Positions 45,780 through 47,925 of a DNA stretch of 47,925 nt are shown here, in pieces. Position numbers and translations under genes: made by a program. This DNA is from a virus (taxonomy: Duplodnaviria > Caudoviricetes). Within the stretch, counting starts at the first letter, position 1; every line of letters starts with the position of its first letter. Location of the stretch: the IMG/VR virus record IMGVR_UViG_3300026543_000024, positions 1 through 47,925 of that record; one strand, 5' to 3'. The notes beneath the pieces were generated by a model. That model had not been told where the DNA came from, searched no databases, and saw only the letters and a list, made by a program, of their open reading frames with translations.

Positions 45780-45945
45780 TGGTATTTATCTTCTTTAAAA
45801 TATCATCTCGATATTGAGTAAGTCTATCAAAGGTATTTTGATCCAGTGCAATTTTACAACCATAGGCCTGACCTCAAAGATCAAGCCATATTTGATCACC
45901 ATCAAAGCTGGCATATACACCATCACCTAAGTAAGTATCTTCCAT
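45763..45945 (-). pseudogene. Small phage gene (YLGDGVYASFDG family) interrupted by an in-frame TGA at 45874-45876
   Basis: GAGGTG RBS; MEDTYLGDGVYASFDGDQIWLDL*GQAYGCKIALDQNTFDRLTQY...; the frame stays open to the next gene. Confidence 0.7.
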
Positions 45946-45953
45946 ATGTCACC

Positions 45954-46151
45954 TCATTTCTTGAAAAGGTCAGCGAGATTCTCAATCACAGGAACCTTAG
46001 CAGCTTTGTTCTTTGCTGCTATACCACGAGTCGCATGTAACGCTTGTACTGCGTTCCAAACCTCTTCAGGTTCAGGGTCAACTCGTTCTGTATCGAGGAC
46101 TTGGGCACGAAGGTCTATAACCTTTTGCATGTTTTCTTCATAACTTGGCAT
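45954..46151 (-). CDS. Small hypothetical protein
   Basis: GGAG RBS. Confidence 0.75.
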   Translation of the reverse strand: MPSYEENMQKVIDLRAQVLDTERVDPEPEEVWNAVQALHATRGIAAKNKAAKVPVIENLADLFKK

Positions 46152-46416
46152 CGGGGTCTCCGGTTAGTGCATCAGTATAAGCTTTTATCTGTGCGGCCTT
46201 AGCCGCCTTTTCCAGTTGGTTATAATAACCAATTCGAGCTGCTTGTCGAATAACAGAATGAAAGCGTTTTGCACCAGTATAATATTGCTTTACAAGATGA
46301 GTAAAGAATTGATTATCAACATCTCCAAACTGTTTTGCAATAGCTTTTCCAATTTTTCGACCTATACTAAAGGCTGACTGATTCTGTTGAGCGTGTTTGC
46401 TCACTACGACCTCCAA
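46138..46416 (-). CDS. Small basic hypothetical protein (start uncertain)
   Basis: Fills the operon gap. Confidence 0.6.
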   Translation of the reverse strand: MEVVVSKHAQQNQSAFSIGRKIGKAIAKQFGDVDNQFFTHLVKQYYTGAKRFHSVIRQAARIGYYNQLEKAAKAAQIKAYTDALTGDPDAKL

Positions 46417-46633
46417 AGTGTTGAACTATATCAGCTATATCAATATCATTTCGACCGAACTTGATAGCCTCAATAGTCTTGTTAAGTAAGGCCTCCACGA
46501 TAAGTGACTTCTTACCGTACGAGGAGCGGTTTGCAACGGGGTCGAGTAGCAGCAATTCAAACTTCGCTGCTAGCGACTCTGAGATGCGAAAGGTCACAGC
46601 CTTTGTCGGGTGTGTCAGTTTACGTCTAGCCAT
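46367..46633 (-). CDS. Ribbon-helix-helix-like DNA-binding protein
   Basis: MARRK...KAVTFRISESLAAKF...KSLIVEALL; GAGG RBS. Confidence 0.6.
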   Translation of the reverse strand: MARRKLTHPTKAVTFRISESLAAKFELLLLDPVANRSSYGKKSLIVEALLNKTIEAIKFGRNDIDIADIVQHFGGRSEQTRSTESVSL

Positions 46634-46901
46634 GTTCGGATAACCTCTGGACATAGCTATTAAGCGTATCCGTATGTTGTATAGCCTCAGGATAGTCAGC
46701 ATTAAACTGTAAGAATATTCTAAGAGGCCATTCATGAGTTGCATCTGCAAGAGGTATTGTTGCTACAGCCTTACGTTCGGAATCAAGAGTATGAATAAAG
46801 GTTAGAGATACGCCTCTACCAATACCTGTGGTTAGATCAAATATCTCCATTTCTGTAGGACGGAGATAACCCTTTGGTTCATCTTCATATTTAGTCGTCA
46901 T
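46626..46901 (-). CDS. Hypothetical protein (start MTTKYE)
   Basis: GGAG RBS. Confidence 0.65.
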   Translation of the reverse strand: MTTKYEDEPKGYLRPTEMEIFDLTTGIGRGVSLTFIHTLDSERKAVATIPLADATHEWPLRIFLQFNADYPEAIQHTDTLNSYVQRLSEHG

Positions 46902-47130
46902 GATCTGGCTCCATAAAGTCAGGTTCCCAATCACGTATATCGAACTCGACGATACATTCAGGAGTAGCCCAAAGAGAATCGTCACAGCAGTCGCTGTACG
47001 GGTTCCAATCTTCATACCAACTCTTTATACCCCAAAACTCAGTAGGACCGAGACCATCATCTACCCACTTAACATTACAAGGTTCTTTACAATACCCGCA
47101 AAAGGCTTGTTGTCCGTTCAAGAACGGCAT
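46891..47130 (-). CDS. Small acidic Cys-rich protein
   Basis: CGYC...G..EFWG...SDCC pattern; GAGGAGG RBS. Confidence 0.75.
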   Translation of the reverse strand: MPFLNGQQAFCGYCKEPCNVKWVDDGLGPTEFWGIKSWYEDWNPYSDCCDDSLWATPECIVEFDIRDWEPDFMEPDHDD

Positions 47131-47429
47131 TTTCCACCTCCTCGTTTATGTGGGAACTGATATACTTTACAGCTACAAAATTCCATATCTTCTATGTCTG
47201 CTGTAAAATAAGTTAAAAGAATCTTCTGACCACGCCAGAAACCCGAGCATACCTGTACTAGTGCATGATAAAGGTTTTCTGGCCAGTCAGGATTAAATCG
47301 AGGATAGCTAAATTGATCCTTGTGACTTGCACAGTGTACAAGTTCACCTTCAAAGGCGTGTCGCCTACTGTAATATCCGGATTGAGGGTAAATTGTCTTA
47401 ATTCGATACACCTTATCTGTCCTCATCAT
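47118..47429 (-). CDS. Hypothetical protein with a C-terminal CxC..Y.FPH.RG.G.C motif
   Basis: Part of track ORF 47118-47522. Confidence 0.65.
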   Translation of the reverse strand: MMRTDKVYRIKTIYPQSGYYSRRHAFEGELVHCASHKDQFSYPRFNPDWPENLYHALVQVCSGFWRGQKILLTYFTADIEDMEFCSCKVYQFPHKRGGGKCRS

Positions 47430-47883
47430 CGACATAAGTCTCAATTCCTGTGCTGTAGATCGTATCATAAAGTTCTTTGAATTCACTATTCTTAATATGG
47501 ATAGGTTCATCTTCAGGTTCAAGTGTTATAAATGTTGCTCCTGTAAGACACGCTGCACAGTAAGGTATTTCGACTAATCGAGTTTCAACGAAGATTGGAA
47601 GTTTACTGAAGTCAGTTAAATCTTCTTCAGGTCTAAAATGTGTGACAGATATACCAACACACTTAACAAGGGGTATATTATTAACTGCCTCGTATCTCGC
47701 ACCACACTTACAAAGTTGATTCGTGGTGTGGAGGTGAACAGATTCAGGGATACAGCGTTCAAGCGTTGCAAAGCGCATTTCCTCTGCAGTACGTTTAATT
47801 GCTGCTTTAGTTTTGGCGGCACGCTTGGGAGCTTTCACCTCCTTACGCTTGACCGCATCAGCTATGAGGTCATCGAGGTTCAT
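47413..47883 (-). CDS. Zinc-binding hypothetical protein (start MNLDDLIADA)
   Basis: CxC and CxxC; its ATG overlaps the stop of the 72-707 gene across the circular join. Confidence 0.75.
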   Translation of the reverse strand: MNLDDLIADAVKRKEVKAPKRAAKTKAAIKRTAEEMRFATLERCIPESVHLHTTNQLCKCGARYEAVNNIPLVKCVGISVTHFRPEEDLTDFSKLPIFVETRLVEIPYCAACLTGATFITLEPEDEPIHIKNSEFKELYDTIYSTGIETYVDDEDR

Positions 47884-47925
47884 GGCGACTCTACTCTCCG
47901 CCATTCAAGTTTGAATATGTGAGTC
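47809..47925. repeat. Terminal direct repeat, right copy
   Basis: Identical to 1-117. Confidence 0.95.

Noticed and set aside
47809-47925. 117-bp terminal repeat as a biological direct terminal repeat
   Set aside because: It falls across a coupled gene junction in mid-operon; best explained as assembler overlap of a circular or permuted genome.

Overview
The window is an apparently complete ~47.8-kb tailed-phage genome with podovirus-like structural genes. It assembled as a circle: bases 1-117 repeat exactly at 47809-47925. The + strand arm (5277-32965) carries packaging and morphogenesis genes: terminase small and large subunits, portal, scaffold, major capsid, a block of beta-rich virion proteins, tail adaptor, nozzle, fibres and ejection proteins including a 1819-aa polyvalent protein. 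The - strand arm (33111-47808 continuing through 1-4735) carries early and replication genes: PD-(D/E)XK exonuclease, Sak4-like AAA ATPase, SSB-like protein, a ParB-methyltransferase fusion, a DUF3987-type helicase-like ATPase and many small ORFs. I recognise no integrase, RNA polymerase, primase, endolysin, tRNA or CRISPR array; promoters are host sigma70-type. Two things stand out. (1) A family A DNA polymerase is split into two genes separated by five intact small ORFs; it has a degenerate UDG-like N-terminal domain and non-canonical active-site residues. (2) The early region holds two paralogous unknown genes, each next to an H-type RNA pseudoknot (one inside a ~280-nt structured ncRNA candidate), plus boxA, CsrA/RsmA-type hairpins and a ~150-bp imperfect palindrome. 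All family assignments come from motif recognition by eye, not database searches.
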